From the NCBI RefSeq assembly GCF_009834535.1, contig NC_045696.1, forward strand, positions 109,618,001-109,682,000: a stretch of 64,000 nucleotides of DNA. The letters run 5' to 3'. Under the pieces are notes generated by a model that had not been told where the DNA came from, did not search any database, and saw nothing but the letters and a program-made list of their open reading frames with translations. How positions within the stretch are numbered: position 1 is the first letter of the stretch; each line of letters begins with the position of its first letter. The position numbers and the translations under genes were made by a program. Positions 12,450 through 25,116 of this stretch are shown one piece after another. The DNA comes from Camelus ferus (Eukaryota).

Positions 12450-14781
12450 ATAACGCATAGACGTGTTACCTACAGGCAAAAATAGCCCCACAGGAATACG
12501 CACACCATTTCCCTATGTACTTATATGCACAGGTGTGCGTGCCCGCGTGGGCCAGTACCCCCCCCCATGGCACACCCCCAAGTGGTGCTTGTTGGAAGAG
12601 CGTTTACTTACCTTGTGAGAATTCACAGGGGTCCAGGTGACAGCACCCGGCTTGGCTGGCAGTGAGGCCCATTGCTTGTGGCCCCTGGGAGAGCCCCACG
12701 TGTAGGGATCTCATTCGGTCTCAGTGAATGAATGGATGGTGGATTTTATTTTCTTGGTACTAAACAGTCCTTTTTCTTAAAACATTCTTGTAAAAAAAGG
12801 TAGAAACTCAGCCCCCTTCTCAGGTGCACACATATCCAAGGCACCACGAACGTTTTTTTCCATCACAGCCTTGAGGAACAGTAAGAGACGCAGTAGATAC
12901 CACGTGGCTCCATGTGGCCTCCGGGAACCCTCCTTTCCCAGCACGTACACAAAATCCTCCCTCTTGAGCCCAGGCGCTCCCTCTGAAGGTGAGGGTGGAT
13001 TGCCTTCTCCCATCCTCCCATCTTGGTTCCCTGGGTCCCGTTTCCTCAGGCCTGATCTATACCCCTCGTTCCAGGGTGTGTCGGGGCAGCTGGAGCTCTG
13101 GCATAGAAGGGCGTTGGGTCATTGGCTCCTGCTTTAGGCTGGTGTCATCACTGTCCTCTTGCTTGTAGGTAGGATCTTGACTCAGAGTTTAGGTTCAATA
13201 GTGAAATGATCACATTTCCTTGTAGAAAATGTCATGAAAGTCCTCAGCATCCCTGGTGAGAGTACCTCATAATTGCGTATCCAGGTGGGCTAGCGAGAGG
13301 CAAAGGGCGGGAAGCCTTTTAGGAAGTGATCTCAGTTTACCAGTGGTTTGGTCCCCTTCCGCACAGAGCAGCCCTGACCTGGAAGTTGAGCAGAGTCATC
13401 TTCTGTAGCCCTCTTTTTTCTTTGAGGAATCTCAAAGAAAAGTTGTCAAGAAAGCTTCTGTTGTGTGGGCATCTGAAAAATCGTGCATACGATGGGGAAA
13501 GCAGGAAGTGTATCTGTGAATGCACACACACGCCGGAGTGAAAGCAGGACTCCAGCATCCTGAGTGCTGGAACTGTGGCTGTGTGGTCCGAGGTTAGCAA
13601 GTGTGGTGACTTGGTCGTTGGCCTCCCTGACATCACTGTCGCCACTGACTTCCTGTCAGCACCCTCAAACGGTAATGTCCCAGGTCTGAGGAGCAATGGC
13701 CAGATGGGTTTAAGTATCTCAGGCAACAAACAGAAATGGTGGTAGCTAAGGGTGCAGACACGTCTTGAGTGCGACATCTCTGTCCTCCCAGGGGCCAGCC
13801 AGTGCTGGGAGCCCCTGCCCTCAGGTACCAGGTGTGACAATAATGGCACCGCTGGCTTCGGTGTTCCTGTAGGCAGAGCAGCCTCATTCCTTCACATGGC
13901 AGAAGGCAGGTGAGGATGTCAGGATGTGAGAATAGGTAGCCGAGGGCTGTGAGGCATGTCTGAGCCATGAGGGGCAGCTGAGCAGAAGCGTGTCTGTGCA
14001 TCAACCAAGCAAGGTTGTGTGTGCACTGGTTTCCTAACTACCTCTCCCCAAGAATGTGAGGCATTGTCACCTGGCTACAGCAGAGTGAGGCGGGGGGCTC
14101 AACCCTTCCTATGCCACAGTCAGGAAAACCAAGACGGAGAAGGGTGACTTCCTTATCATCACCGAGCAAGGCAGTCGTGGTCAGAAGCAAGGTGTTTCCA
14201 TATTTCATCCATCACCGACCTGTGTGTACAAACGTGATGTACACTGGCACCCAGAGCGCTGCTGGGCACGTGTGCTCCTCAGACCATCCCTACTCTGGTC
14301 CAGATGTAAGAGTCTGTCCGGCGCATCTGAGTGAGCCAGGAGAGAATCCATGTACATTTCAGGCTCCTCCATTGCAAAGAAGGGCCAGTCCCCAAGTCCA
14401 CTCTGATTGTCAGACCAGGGCATCCTTTGAATTTGTTGTTTGAAATGAACTACTTCAGTGTTCTAAAACCTTGGGCTTTCAGTGTGTAAACTCCCTGGAC
14501 GCCAGACCCCCGTGTGGCTGACACTCCCGGCAGGGCGTGGTTTATCCTTGCAATGGGGTCCGGACGCTTCCTTCCGCTGGGAAGCCTCCATACATTGACG
14601 GCCAGCCTGTATCACGTGGTGTGTGTCACCTTTCCCCGCACCTGTCCCCATAAAAGTGATTGGTCATGAGGAGCCCAGAGGGTGGTATTTCCATCTCTTC
14701 CTGGCTCAGCAGGCTTAAATGGCCACATCGACTTTACATAAAACTGTGTAAAATGTGGAAGACTCAGCATGTTGATCAAAC

Positions 14782-14787
14782 AATAAA
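14782..14787 (+). terminator. Candidate distal polyadenylation signal (AATAAA) of RAB6B, giving a ~4.4 kb 3' UTR
   Basis: AATAAA with TGTA upstream and a GT/T-rich tract (TCTTGTCTACTGTTTCT) about 25-45 nt downstream. Confidence 0.55.
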
Positions 14788-15994
14788 CTGTCCTGATTCT
14801 CAACACAAAGCCTCTTGTCTACTGTTTCTAAGTGGTGCAGTCACATATGGGGGGTGGGGAGGGGAAAGCTAGATTTCTTCACGTGCATGCTCCGCAAAGA
14901 CCCTCTCGTGTCTGGGTGGTGTGTTCGCCACAAAGCCCTTTGCTTCTTCCTCCTGTTCACCTGGGCTCTCTACCAACTTGGAAGGGGGAAGGGCTGGACA
15001 CACTAATATGATTACATCCACACTCTTCCATAATCTCCATTCTGCCTAAAGGCTGATGGAAAGGGAATCCCAGGAGAAGTGAGACTCAGAGCCGCGTGGT
15101 ATCTCCTACCAACCCTGCTCTCCACTCACCATGGCTGAGGGTTAGGAAGGATGGGTGTGGAGACTGGATCGGTCTTCCTTCCGGTGATTTCCAGGAAGCT
15201 ATTTAAAGGCAAGAAGTTCAGGTGAACCATAATCACCTTTCAGATGACACTACGCTGCCACGTACCACCTCATGCCAGTTGGAGCATCCCTGAGACCGCC
15301 CTTCCGTCTCGGTCATCTCCAGACTAAAAGGTGCCCTGAAGGCCAGGACAGTGGTGGGACTAATCCAAAGAGGAAGCAAAGGCCAGGACACAGAACTGCC
15401 CTGGCCTGAATGCTGGGAACCCTGGGGCTATAGAGTAAGCCATGTTCACCAGGTCTCATCCTTCTTCAAGTTCAGCCTTCACTGTCTTTCTCCTATAAGG
15501 ATTCTAAAGTTTCTGGAACACCCTCCAACCTGCCATCTCAAGAAAGCCATTTTTAATTAAGAGGGACAGGAAATAGATGGCCCTACCCACTGAGCCTAGC
15601 TTTTCTGGCTGCCAGATGCAAAATGTGAGGTTAAGAGGTACAGGGCATGTGAAGGGGCGGAGGCCTGAGAGCCAAGTGCACATGCTTGTGTGGACCAGGT
15701 CAAAGCCAGCTGTTTGCGACAAGCAGTCATTCCCCAAGACTGGTGTTCAGGGCGACGTGTCTGGAGTGGATCATCCCCCTGAGCGTGGTGGTCACACGCA
15801 CAGTGTCCAGCAGCTCCTTCCCCCGCAGGTGAGGGAAGCACTGTTGGGATTCCCTACACGCTGTGATGAATGTCCTCCCTGGAGTGAGCATGGCGCCGCT
15901 CGAGGTGGCTTTGTCTATCACTGTAGCTGTGTTTCACTGGCCAGCGACCAAGAGTTCAGAAAGGAGCTTTGATAATCCTATGCCAATCTCAAAT

Positions 15995-17815
15995 TTTTAA
16001 AATTATTTTTAAAATTGAAATATAGTTAATTTACAATGCTGTGTTAGTTTCAGGTGTACAGCAAAGTGATTCAGTTATACATACACACTCTTATTCAGAG
16101 TCTTTTCCATTATAGGTTACTACAAGATATTGAATACAGTTCCCTGTGCTATACAGTAGGTCTTAACTTATCTATTTTATATACAGTAGTGTGTATATGT
16201 TAATCCCAAACTCCTAATTTATCCCTTCTCACCCCTCTGCTTTCCTCTTTGGTAACCATAAATTTGTTTTCTATGTCTGTGAGTCTATTTCTGTTTTGTA
16301 AATAAGTTCATTTGTATCATCTTTTTAGATTCCACATATAAGTGATACCATATTTGTCTTTCTGTCTGATTTACTTCACTTAGTATGATAATCTCTAGGT
16401 CCATCCATGTTGCAGCAAATGGCATTATTTCATAATTTTTTATGGTTGAGTTATATTCATACACACACACACACATACATACATCTTATTTATCCATTTA
16501 TTTGTCAGTGGACATATAGGTTGCTTCCATGTCTTGGCTATTGTAAACAGTGCTGCTATGAACACCTGGGTGCAGGTATCTTTTCGAGTTAGGGTTTTCT
16601 CTGGATATATGCCCAGGAGTGGGATTGCTGGATCATATGGTGAGTCTATTTTTAGTTTTTTACGGAACCTCCATACTGTTCTCCATAGTGGCTGCACCAA
16701 TTTACATTCCCACCAGCAGTTTAGGAGGGTTCCTTTTTCTCCACACCCTCTCCAACGTTTATTGTTTGTAGACTTTTTAATGACAGCCGTTCTGACTGGT
16801 GTGAGGTGATACCTCACTGTAGTTTTGATTTGTATTTCTCCAATAATTAGTGATACTGAGCATCTTTTCATGTGCCTGTTGGCCATCTGGATGTCTTCTT
16901 TGGAGAAATGTCCATTAGGACTTCAGCCCATTTTTTGATGGGGTTGTTTTTGATACTATGAGCTGTTGGAGCTGTTTGTATATTTTGGAAATTAATCCCT
17001 TGTCAGTAGCATCATTTGCAAATATATTCTTCCAGACTGCGTTTTTTTTCATTTTCTTTATGGTTTCCTTTGCTGTGCAAAAGCTTTTAAATTTAATTAG
17101 GTCCCATTTGTTTATTTTTATTTCTATTACTCTAGGAGACAGATCCAAAAGATTTCTGCGATTAATGTCAAAGAGTGTTCTGCCTGTGTTTCCCTCTAGG
17201 AATTTTAGAGTATCCAGTCTTACATTTAGGTCTTTAATCTATTTTGAGTTCATTTTTGTATATGGTATTAGAGAATGTTCTAATTTCATTCTTTTACATG
17301 TGGCTGTCCAGTTTTCCCACCAGCACTTAGAAGGGACTGTCTTTTCTCTATTGTATATCCTTGCCTTCTTTGTTGTAGATTAGTTGACCGTAAGTGTGTG
17401 GGTTTATTTCCAGGATTTCTACCCTGTTCTATTGATGTATATGTCTTGTTTTTGTGCCAGTACCATATACTGTTTTGATTACTGTAGCTTAGTCTGAAGT
17501 CAGGGAGCATGATTCCCTCAGCTCTTCCTTCTCAAGATTGTTTTGGCTATTTGGGGTCTTTTGTGTTTCTGTACAAATTGAAAAATTTTTTTCTTCTAGT
17601 TCCATGAAAAATGCCACTAGTAATTTGATAGGGATTGCACTGAGTCTGTATATTGCTTTGAGTACTATGGCCATTTTAACATATTGATTCTTCCAATCCA
17701 AGAATGCAGTGTATCTTTCCACCTGTTTGTGTCATCTTCAGTTTCTTTCATCAGCAGCTTATAGTTTTTGATGTACAGGTCTTTTGCCTCTTTAGGTAGG
17801 TTTATTCCTAGGTTT
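15995..17815 (-). mobile_element. 5'-truncated LINE-1 (ORF2 C-terminal part + 3' UTR), degraded
   Basis: ORF 16440-16886 ([26 protein letters not shown]...[12 protein letters not shown]) is the L1 ORF2 Cys-rich C-terminus; frameshifted continuations to 17722; T-rich tail near 15995. Confidence 0.93.
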
Positions 17816-20435
17816 TTTTACATTTTTTTAAAAAAAGCATATTTCAGTTGAAACAAAAAGATCTTAAGTCAAAAGAACACCAAGTGCCTCACACAGGGCA
17901 GGACCACAGCGAGGATGCTGGAGTCCCAGGAGGCACAGAGACACAGGTCATGAGGAGAAGTGACAGCCCTGCTGGGGCTGCATGGGTGGGGCAACCGCAC
18001 AAGAAAGGGTGAAGGTGAGGGCAGCGCTGAGGCAGCTGACCTTGAGGTCCACGCAGTGCTGGGGCTCTCCTGCAGCCATGATGGATGGAGCTCATGGTAA
18101 TGAGATGGGGGAGAGCAGGGGGCCACACAGAAAAGGCACATTTCTTAACCTCAGGATGGGACCATGTGCCTGCAAAAGCAGGAACTGCGCCACACTTAGT
18201 ATTCCCAGAGCCTGGCACGGTGCTTGGCATTTTCCGAATGAATAAAGGCCATGCGTGGCTCTCTTGAGTAAACAACAGTTTAGAGCTTCATAGCTGAAAG
18301 GGAAATGGGACTACTTTCCTGTGCAAGTCAGGTGAGGTGATCACCTTCCTTTAAATACGTGAAGAGCTGAAATAGAAGAGCATCTTAACTGCTGCTGACA
18401 CACCTTTAAGTGAGTATGGGCATAAACCAATTGAAGGTTTGATCCTTCTCTTCTAAGCTCAACCCTTAAAAAAGAAAAACCGTAATATTCTGGCTGAAAT
18501 GACCTCAAACCAATGAAACACAGTCAAGTGGCTGACACACAGCAGAGCCACCAGAATCCCAGGGGCACTGATTCAGCAGGCGTGGGAAGATACAAGGGGC
18601 AGACCCCAGGCACTCCCTGCCAACAGCAGATGTTGTTGATCAGAAACTAGGATCCCAGCAAACTGTCAGGCACCTGGCAGTGGAGGGGCCACTAAGGCCC
18701 CCAGTGAAGCACTGAAGGAACTGCAGTAAACAGGCGGCCTCTGCCTGCGAGTGAGCTCTGTACCCGGTGGGGACTCCAGGCCAGAGCTGGGCAGTATTCC
18801 CCAGTGCAGTGAGTGCCCAGGGCTCACTCATCGCAGCTGCCCTCCACGGGGGCATCTCGCCAGGGCCTGCACCTCTCCACTCGCAGGGCACAGGGTCATT
18901 CACATCAGGTGGCAGCTGCCCTGGGAGCAGGTCCCTGTGCCCTCCACACGCAGTGGCTCAGACACTGCCACATTCCCAAGAAGGTGGTGTTCCAAGCTAC
19001 AACTGTCACATCTGTGACATACAGTCATGCCTAGTCTGCTGTTCCCTGTGACCTGACATCCCTCTTTCCACTCTGGCCATACCTGCCTCCCATCCCACGA
19101 AGAAATGGGCCTAGTTTGGCTGAACGGCCCCAGAGCCACAAGAGGATAATTTGACCTCTCATCAAAAACCCTTCCAAGCTCCCAAGGACAAGTGACCATG
19201 ACCTCACCCTGGCCCACACCCACAAGAATGAGATGACTGGAGCACAGGGTTAGGAAGCTGGATGAGAGTGCCTGGGGGTAACCTGCTTGCTTACTTCGCC
19301 CTGTGAGAAAAACTGATCAGGGTCTGTGGCCCAAAGGACTTAAAACACACTAAAGGCACAAGTGTTACTCCAGAAGGCCAGATCACCTGGCAGGGTGCTC
19401 CCGGGAGCCCCATGCGCTTGGTAAAGGTCATGTGAAGCATGCAGATTCCCAGCACCAACCCCGATCTGCCTCTGAACTGCATGTTCAGAAGCAGGGTCCT
19501 CAAAGGAGCTGTTTAACAAGTATCCCGGGTAATTCTGATGCACACTGACACTGGGGAATCACTGAGATCTAACGCTCCTTTTGCAAAAGATCATCTTCAG
19601 GTCTTCAGTCACTTGTCTGGTCTATTGCTTCCTCCCAGAAAGTAAAACACGTCATTAAGCAGAAAAAAACAACACAAAAGGAGCTGAGAGACCACGTGCC
19701 TCTTAACGGATGTATCAAGCCATTGATTTTTATTCATGTGAGCACGTCCTATGATTATGTGAACACGTCACATTCATCACTTTCCTTTTGGGTTTCTGGT
19801 TCACCATTCTTACTAACTTCCTTAAGTTACTACTTGGCTAATAACGAAAGGTCAGGAATTGAGTCCAAGGGACAGTAAGAACACTGGCAGCAGAGGCCTC
19901 CCGCTAACCCTGCCAGGGTTGGAGTCTAACATCCTGAGGTCGGCCTGTGTCTACTTCATGCTCCGGCCACAAGGTGTGTGATGCAGGGGGCGGGGGTGGG
20001 GGCGGGGGAGGCAGCGTCCGGCGTCCCCCCATTCGCAGCACAGGGAGGGATGACAGCAGGCAGAGGCTTGGGCCATAGTGCCTGTGGGGACCACACTCAC
20101 TGGGATGTCATCGGCTCCATGCTCCTCTCCCTTGAGTCTCCCCATCCCTTGAGGCTGTGTGCAACTCCTGGGGTGCCCTGTGCCTCCCCTCTCATGGCTT
20201 CCTGCACTGTTCTCACAGGGACTAGCTTCACTCTTATCCACAGCCACCTGTCCCCCTTTAAGCTTTAGCTGGCTTGTCCCTGAGTGTGTGAGGCAGGAAT
20301 AGAGAGTTCGATCCCAGGTACGCTGCAATCTCAGGCCCCAGAAACTTGAAGGGAACCTGAATCCTAACACATGCTCCCAGTTGTACTCACCATACCATTC
20401 CATTCCATTCAGTTGCTTTGAGCCACACAGCTTGT

Positions 20436-20441
20436 TTTATT
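20436..20441 (-). terminator. Candidate polyadenylation signal of SRPRB (AATAAA on - strand); a second candidate lies at 19729-19734
   Basis: TTTATT on + strand about 1.2 kb past the SRPRB stop. Confidence 0.5.
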
Positions 20442-20941
20442 CACCAAGAAATATATTCATCACTTATAAAAGCCATTAAAAAAAAAGCCACATGTTTAAG
20501 AAGACAGCAAAGCACATCACTTTGAAAAGGCTGACATTTTTTTTTTAAACCGTCAGCACTTTAAAAATCTAGAGGATTTTTTTCATTTTGTGTTTGTCCC
20601 ACAGCAGTCAAGCTCAGAGGACAAAACTGTAGCTCATCAAACAGCACATGAAGACAGCCCAGGAGCCCTCATGCCTTTAGAAAAACAAAACAGCTTCTAA
20701 ACCTCCATCAATTCCCCGGTGAAGGAAAACCACTAGAACACGCTAGGCCCTTGGCATCTGGGGGTTTAGCACTTACAGTTCCATCAACTGGGATTGACTC
20801 CAGGGGTTCACAACACGGGTTTCAAACCAGCGCGCTATGAGGCTGGAGTGTGGACCGGTCACTGAGCTGACTTAGAACAGACCATTGTCAACACAGCTCT
20901 GCTGTCTTCTACCTGTCCTCACACGTCGAGAGACTATACAT

Positions 20942-21110
20942 TTTTTAAAATTATTATTTTTGGTTTTTTTTGGAAGGGGGAGGTAATTAGGTTAATTTAT
21001 GTATTTATTTTATTTATTTATTTATTTATTTTAACGGAGGTGCTGGGGATTGAACCCAGGACCTCGTGCACGCTAGGCACGCACTCTAACACTGACCTCT
21101 ACCCTCCCCC
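20942..21110 (-). mobile_element. tRNA-derived SINE (Vic-1-like) in the SRPRB 3' UTR
   Basis: Reverse complement reads GGGGGAGGGTAGAGGTCAGTGTTAGAG...GGGTTCAATCCCCAG (Pol III A/B boxes) + (AAAT)n + CCTAATTACC tail, like the four + strand copies. Confidence 0.88.
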
Positions 21111-21620
21111 GGGGAGAAGATATCGTAACTGCACCTACAAATCTGAGGATTCACAGAGGACTAGATGATGTACTGCCTGTGAATGTCAAGGACAACTGGA
21201 AATCAACTGGTTCCCTACACAGACAGGTCTGTTTTCAGGAAAAAGGGACCAAAGCACCAAAGCAGAGGATAAGAAGACTTTTCAGATGATTCCATACTCT
21301 TATGATAAGATGCTCTCTGCATGCATGCCTTTTGTTAAACCTTTACCTTACATCAAGCATATGCTAGAGAGACGTTACATTCACTTTAAAAAGAGAAGAC
21401 ACGTGAGTCAAATAAAAGTGACTCGCTTGAGAGCAATAAGAGAGAAATGAACCTAAAAAAAAAATTCCATGCTAGTTTTAACAATAATTTGTTTCCAGAA
21501 CAGGGAAACGTTTCTAACTACATTTGCACTCCGTCTTTATCAACTCCAGACTACCATGTCCTTTTCCAAAACTGTCAGTCACACACACACACAGTCACGT
21601 CTTGTGTTTGGATCTGCTCA

Positions 21621-21834
21621 TCACGCTATCTTAGCCAGCCATTTCTCCAGGTCCTGGATGTCAGCAGAGCCGGTGTCCCCTCTTCCACCCTTGGCACTAC
21701 ACTCCAGGAACTCCACTTTGAGGGGCAGCTGTGAGAATTCAAATTCTTTGCCTTTCTTTCCCAGGTGAGCGGGAGCAGCGCTGGAACTGTCCAGTGTGCT
21801 GGGGGCAGCGGAACGGGTGACTCGTAAAGTATTG
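21621..21834 (-). CDS. SRPRB: SRPRB exon 7 coding part (NTLRVTRSAAPSTLD...DLEKWLAKIA*)
   Basis: Acceptor AG at 21836-21835; TGA at 21623-21621; 214 nt; the seven exons sum to 816 nt = 271 aa + stop. Confidence 0.96.
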
Positions 21835-23586
21835 CTGTTGAGGCAAAAGGAAAATGAGTCAGGAAACAAAAAGAGCTTAATTTTTATATAATGATTAAAG
21901 GCCTTTAGGAAATCATATTAATTCCTAAATATTTCAGCATTCGTTTAAATACTTAATCATAAAACTGTTAATTTAGCTATTAAGATTATTGAGTTACTCT
22001 CTTGGAAAGACAGGCCAGGGGTCCAAGCTTACATGGCCAGATGACGGCAGGTCAATAACGAACCAAGGTCACACCAACCTTCTTTCAGACTGGAGCCCTC
22101 TTCTACTAGGATTTCCTGTATGATGTCGTTTTAAAATGTATTTTAAAATTACATGCTATAAATATTATAAAACTTTATGTTTCTGAAAGTTAAGTGGGGA
22201 TAAATAGGGTATTTATATTAATCTCGAGTCCATCTGGATACAGAGCTCAGAAATACACAAACTGCAGGTTTTCACATCCAGTTTGGGGATAATTACTCTC
22301 CAATCTCTTCAGCCACTAAAACTTTCCCAGTTCAAGTCACTTAACTGCCACCTGCTGGCCCTAATAAGAAGTGCAAGCAACGCTCATTTGTCTGCTCCCC
22401 ACCTTCCTGCTAATCCAGGAGCAGAGGACAGGGTGACAATCTGCTCTCCTACAAATAAAGCATTTCTTGGTGCTGAAGATTTCATGAAAGTTAGTAACGA
22501 ATCCACAGGAAAAACTAAATACCTTGTTTAGAAAGACACACACATCTGGGAAAAGTATTTTAAAAAACAAATAATACAAAACTTAAGATATTACTTATTT
22601 CTTGGGGGAAAAAGGGAAAAGCATTTGGGGACGAGTACATGGGGCCTTCTAAGCAAGGTGCTGGGTCTGTGGGTGTTCATTTTAGTATTCTTTAGACTCA
22701 ATATATATGTCATATATACTCCCTTATATGTAAGGTATTTTACAATTAAAAAAAAACTTTAAAAGGCAAAAAAGCCAAACATCACATGAATTCAGTTCTT
22801 GCCCTAAGGCCACGTAAAAATAGTAAACTCTGATTCAGAAGACTATGAAATGCTACAAAGCTGAAGGGGCCAAATTCTTATAAATACAGGATTAAACTAA
22901 AATTAGACTCCTAATTCACCTGGTATTAACCTTTATAACTCTTTTAACATTTAATTTCGCTGCTTTATAATATTTCTTTCTGTATAGTTTTTCTATGGCT
23001 CTTTAGAGTGAAAAGCAAATGGGCTAAGAAAAATGTGTTTTAAACATGGGAAGACTTGGACCATACTGTTTGAAAAATGCATTCACAAATAATAGTGATC
23101 ACTTTTTTCACAAAGGTAATTCTTAACTATTGCAACAGATGTAAGACAGGGACAAAAGCTTTTCCAGACACACAAACGCTGTGGGAGTTCATCACTACTA
23201 GTCCTGCCTTACAAGAAATGCTAAAGGGGCTTTTTCAAGGTGAGATGACACTAATTAACAACATGAAAACATATGAAAGTATAAAACTTGCTGTAACAGT
23301 AAAAACATACTAAAATTCAGAATAATCTAATAAGGGAGGCAGGAAGAAACTCAGAAAGTAACGGACATTTTTATGGCTTTGATGGTGGTGGTTTCACAGG
23401 TATATGCTTATCCCTAAATCGAGGTGTGTACATTAAGTATGTATAGCTTTCTAGATAGCAATTATACCTCAATAAAAAGGTTAATTTTTTTTCTTTTGAT
23501 ATTCAATTTGAAGGCATGATGTCTTTGGTAAATCTGATTGGCTAACTTTTCAATTATATATTAAAAGCTTAAAGCATATGGAATTA

Positions 23587-23687
23587 GGGAGGAGGGTACA
23601 GCTCAGTGGTAGAGTACATGCCTAGTATGCATGAGGTCCTGGGTTCAGTCCCCAGCCCCTCCATTAAAATGAATACATAAATAAACC
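23587..23687 (+). mobile_element. tRNA-derived SINE (Vic-1-like) with perfect 17-bp flanking direct repeat
   Basis: A box CAGCTCAGTGG, B box GGTTCAGTCC; TAAAGCATATGGAATTA at 23570-23586 and 23688-23704; TT/AAAG L1-endonuclease-type site. Confidence 0.92.
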
Positions 23688-24308
23688 TAAAGCATATGGA
23701 ATTAAATATATTATTCTCTACTAAAAGGAAAAAAGAAAAAAAAGAAACCACAGAAAATGACAGACCAGAGCTGGTAAAATTTTTCTGTAAACAGCAATAA
23801 ATTAAATTTATTTTGGGCTTGTGGGTGACATTTAATCTCAGTCACATATTTTTCTACTTTTCTTCCTTTTTTCTTACTAGTCCTATAAAAATGTAAAGCT
23901 ACTCTTCGCTTGCAGACCCTTAGCAGGGGTATGTCGACCCCTGAAGCAAATTGTCTTCTACTGGACTCTAACCTCCCGCGTACAAGAGCTCCATCACACT
24001 TCCTCCTATAGCCACACCCTGAGTGCAAGTCTCCGCATACACTAGATGCATTACAGGTGCTTGTTAAATGAATAAAGGAGAACGTAAATGACAGTGGGGA
24101 AAAATGTACTAAAAGTTGAATTTATACAATTTCCCCTCATTTTATTCTTTAATTAGAAGTGTCCTTACACAACAGCAATAAGAAAAAGTAACCTGCTTTA
24201 TTATAATGTTGATAGTATTTTCTATGTAAGCAACCTGTTAGCTAGCTCTTAGAAAACAATAACAACAAAAACATGTTAGAGTCCTTAAAATTTAAAAGTT
24301 TATAGCTT

Positions 24309-24583
24309 GGGGGGAGGGTAACAGCTCAGTGGTAGAGCACATGTTTAGCATGCAGGAGGTCTTGGGTTCAATCCCCAGAGCCTCCATCAAATAAATAATG
24401 AAAATAAATTAATTAATTAACCTAATTACCCCCCCAAATCATTCTAATAGCCTATAATGAAAATGAATATGAAAAGGAATATATATATAAAACTGAATCA
24501 CTATGCTGTATACCAGAAATTAACACACTGTAAACCAACTATACTTCAATAAAAGAATAAAATAAAACAAATGAACCAAAAAC
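24309..24583 (+). mobile_element. tRNA-derived SINE joined to a short L1 3'-terminal segment
   Basis: SINE 24309-~24437, then L1 3' end (compare 31843-31960) and A-tail; flanks AAAAGTTTATAGCTT (24294-24308) / AAAAGCTTACAGCTT (24584-24598). Confidence 0.85.
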
Positions 24584-25061
24584 AAAAGCTTACAGCTTAA
24601 TTTACAAATTCTTAAATACCAAAATTAAGTTAAATGATACTGCTACGTAGCTTGAAAACAAAAAGGTAAGCTACAAAATAGTATCATAGATGTTTACATT
24701 CTTCCAAAGTTTTCTTTTCTTATTCTGTCAACACAAACTTTCACGGCCTTCAAATTTTTTAGTCTTTAAAATCTTTCATATCTGCTATAAATGAGCTAGA
24801 AACAATGGGAAAATAAACTGAGCCTACAGTCTCAATAAACTTGAGAACTTTCCACAAAAATTCTGAATATCTATAAACATCCACATGAATAATTTTTGTA
24901 ATTCCACTAATCTGTTGTCAGCTATTTAACAAGTACGTTTCACACTGATCTTCAGGCTAACTGTGATAACCATACACAACCAAAGATGCCAAGTGATTTA
25001 TTCACATTTTCTAAACATTAAGAAGATACACAATTAACTAATAGGACTTATTCTTACTTAC

Positions 25062-25116
25062 AGTTCTTTTTCAAGCTGCTGCTGAATTAACTTTGCTGAT
25101 TTTGCCATTGTAATGT
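25062..25116 (-). CDS. SRPRB: SRPRB exon 6 (DITMAKSAKLIQQQLEKEL)
   Basis: AG at 25118-25117, GTAAGT at 25061; 55 nt, phases fit. Confidence 0.95.

Noticed and set aside
23587..23665. tRNA-like sequences with A and B boxes (also at 21110, 24309, 28265, 38573)
   Set aside because: Diverged copies with A-rich tails, at least one with a clear target-site duplication; these are SINEs, not tRNA genes.
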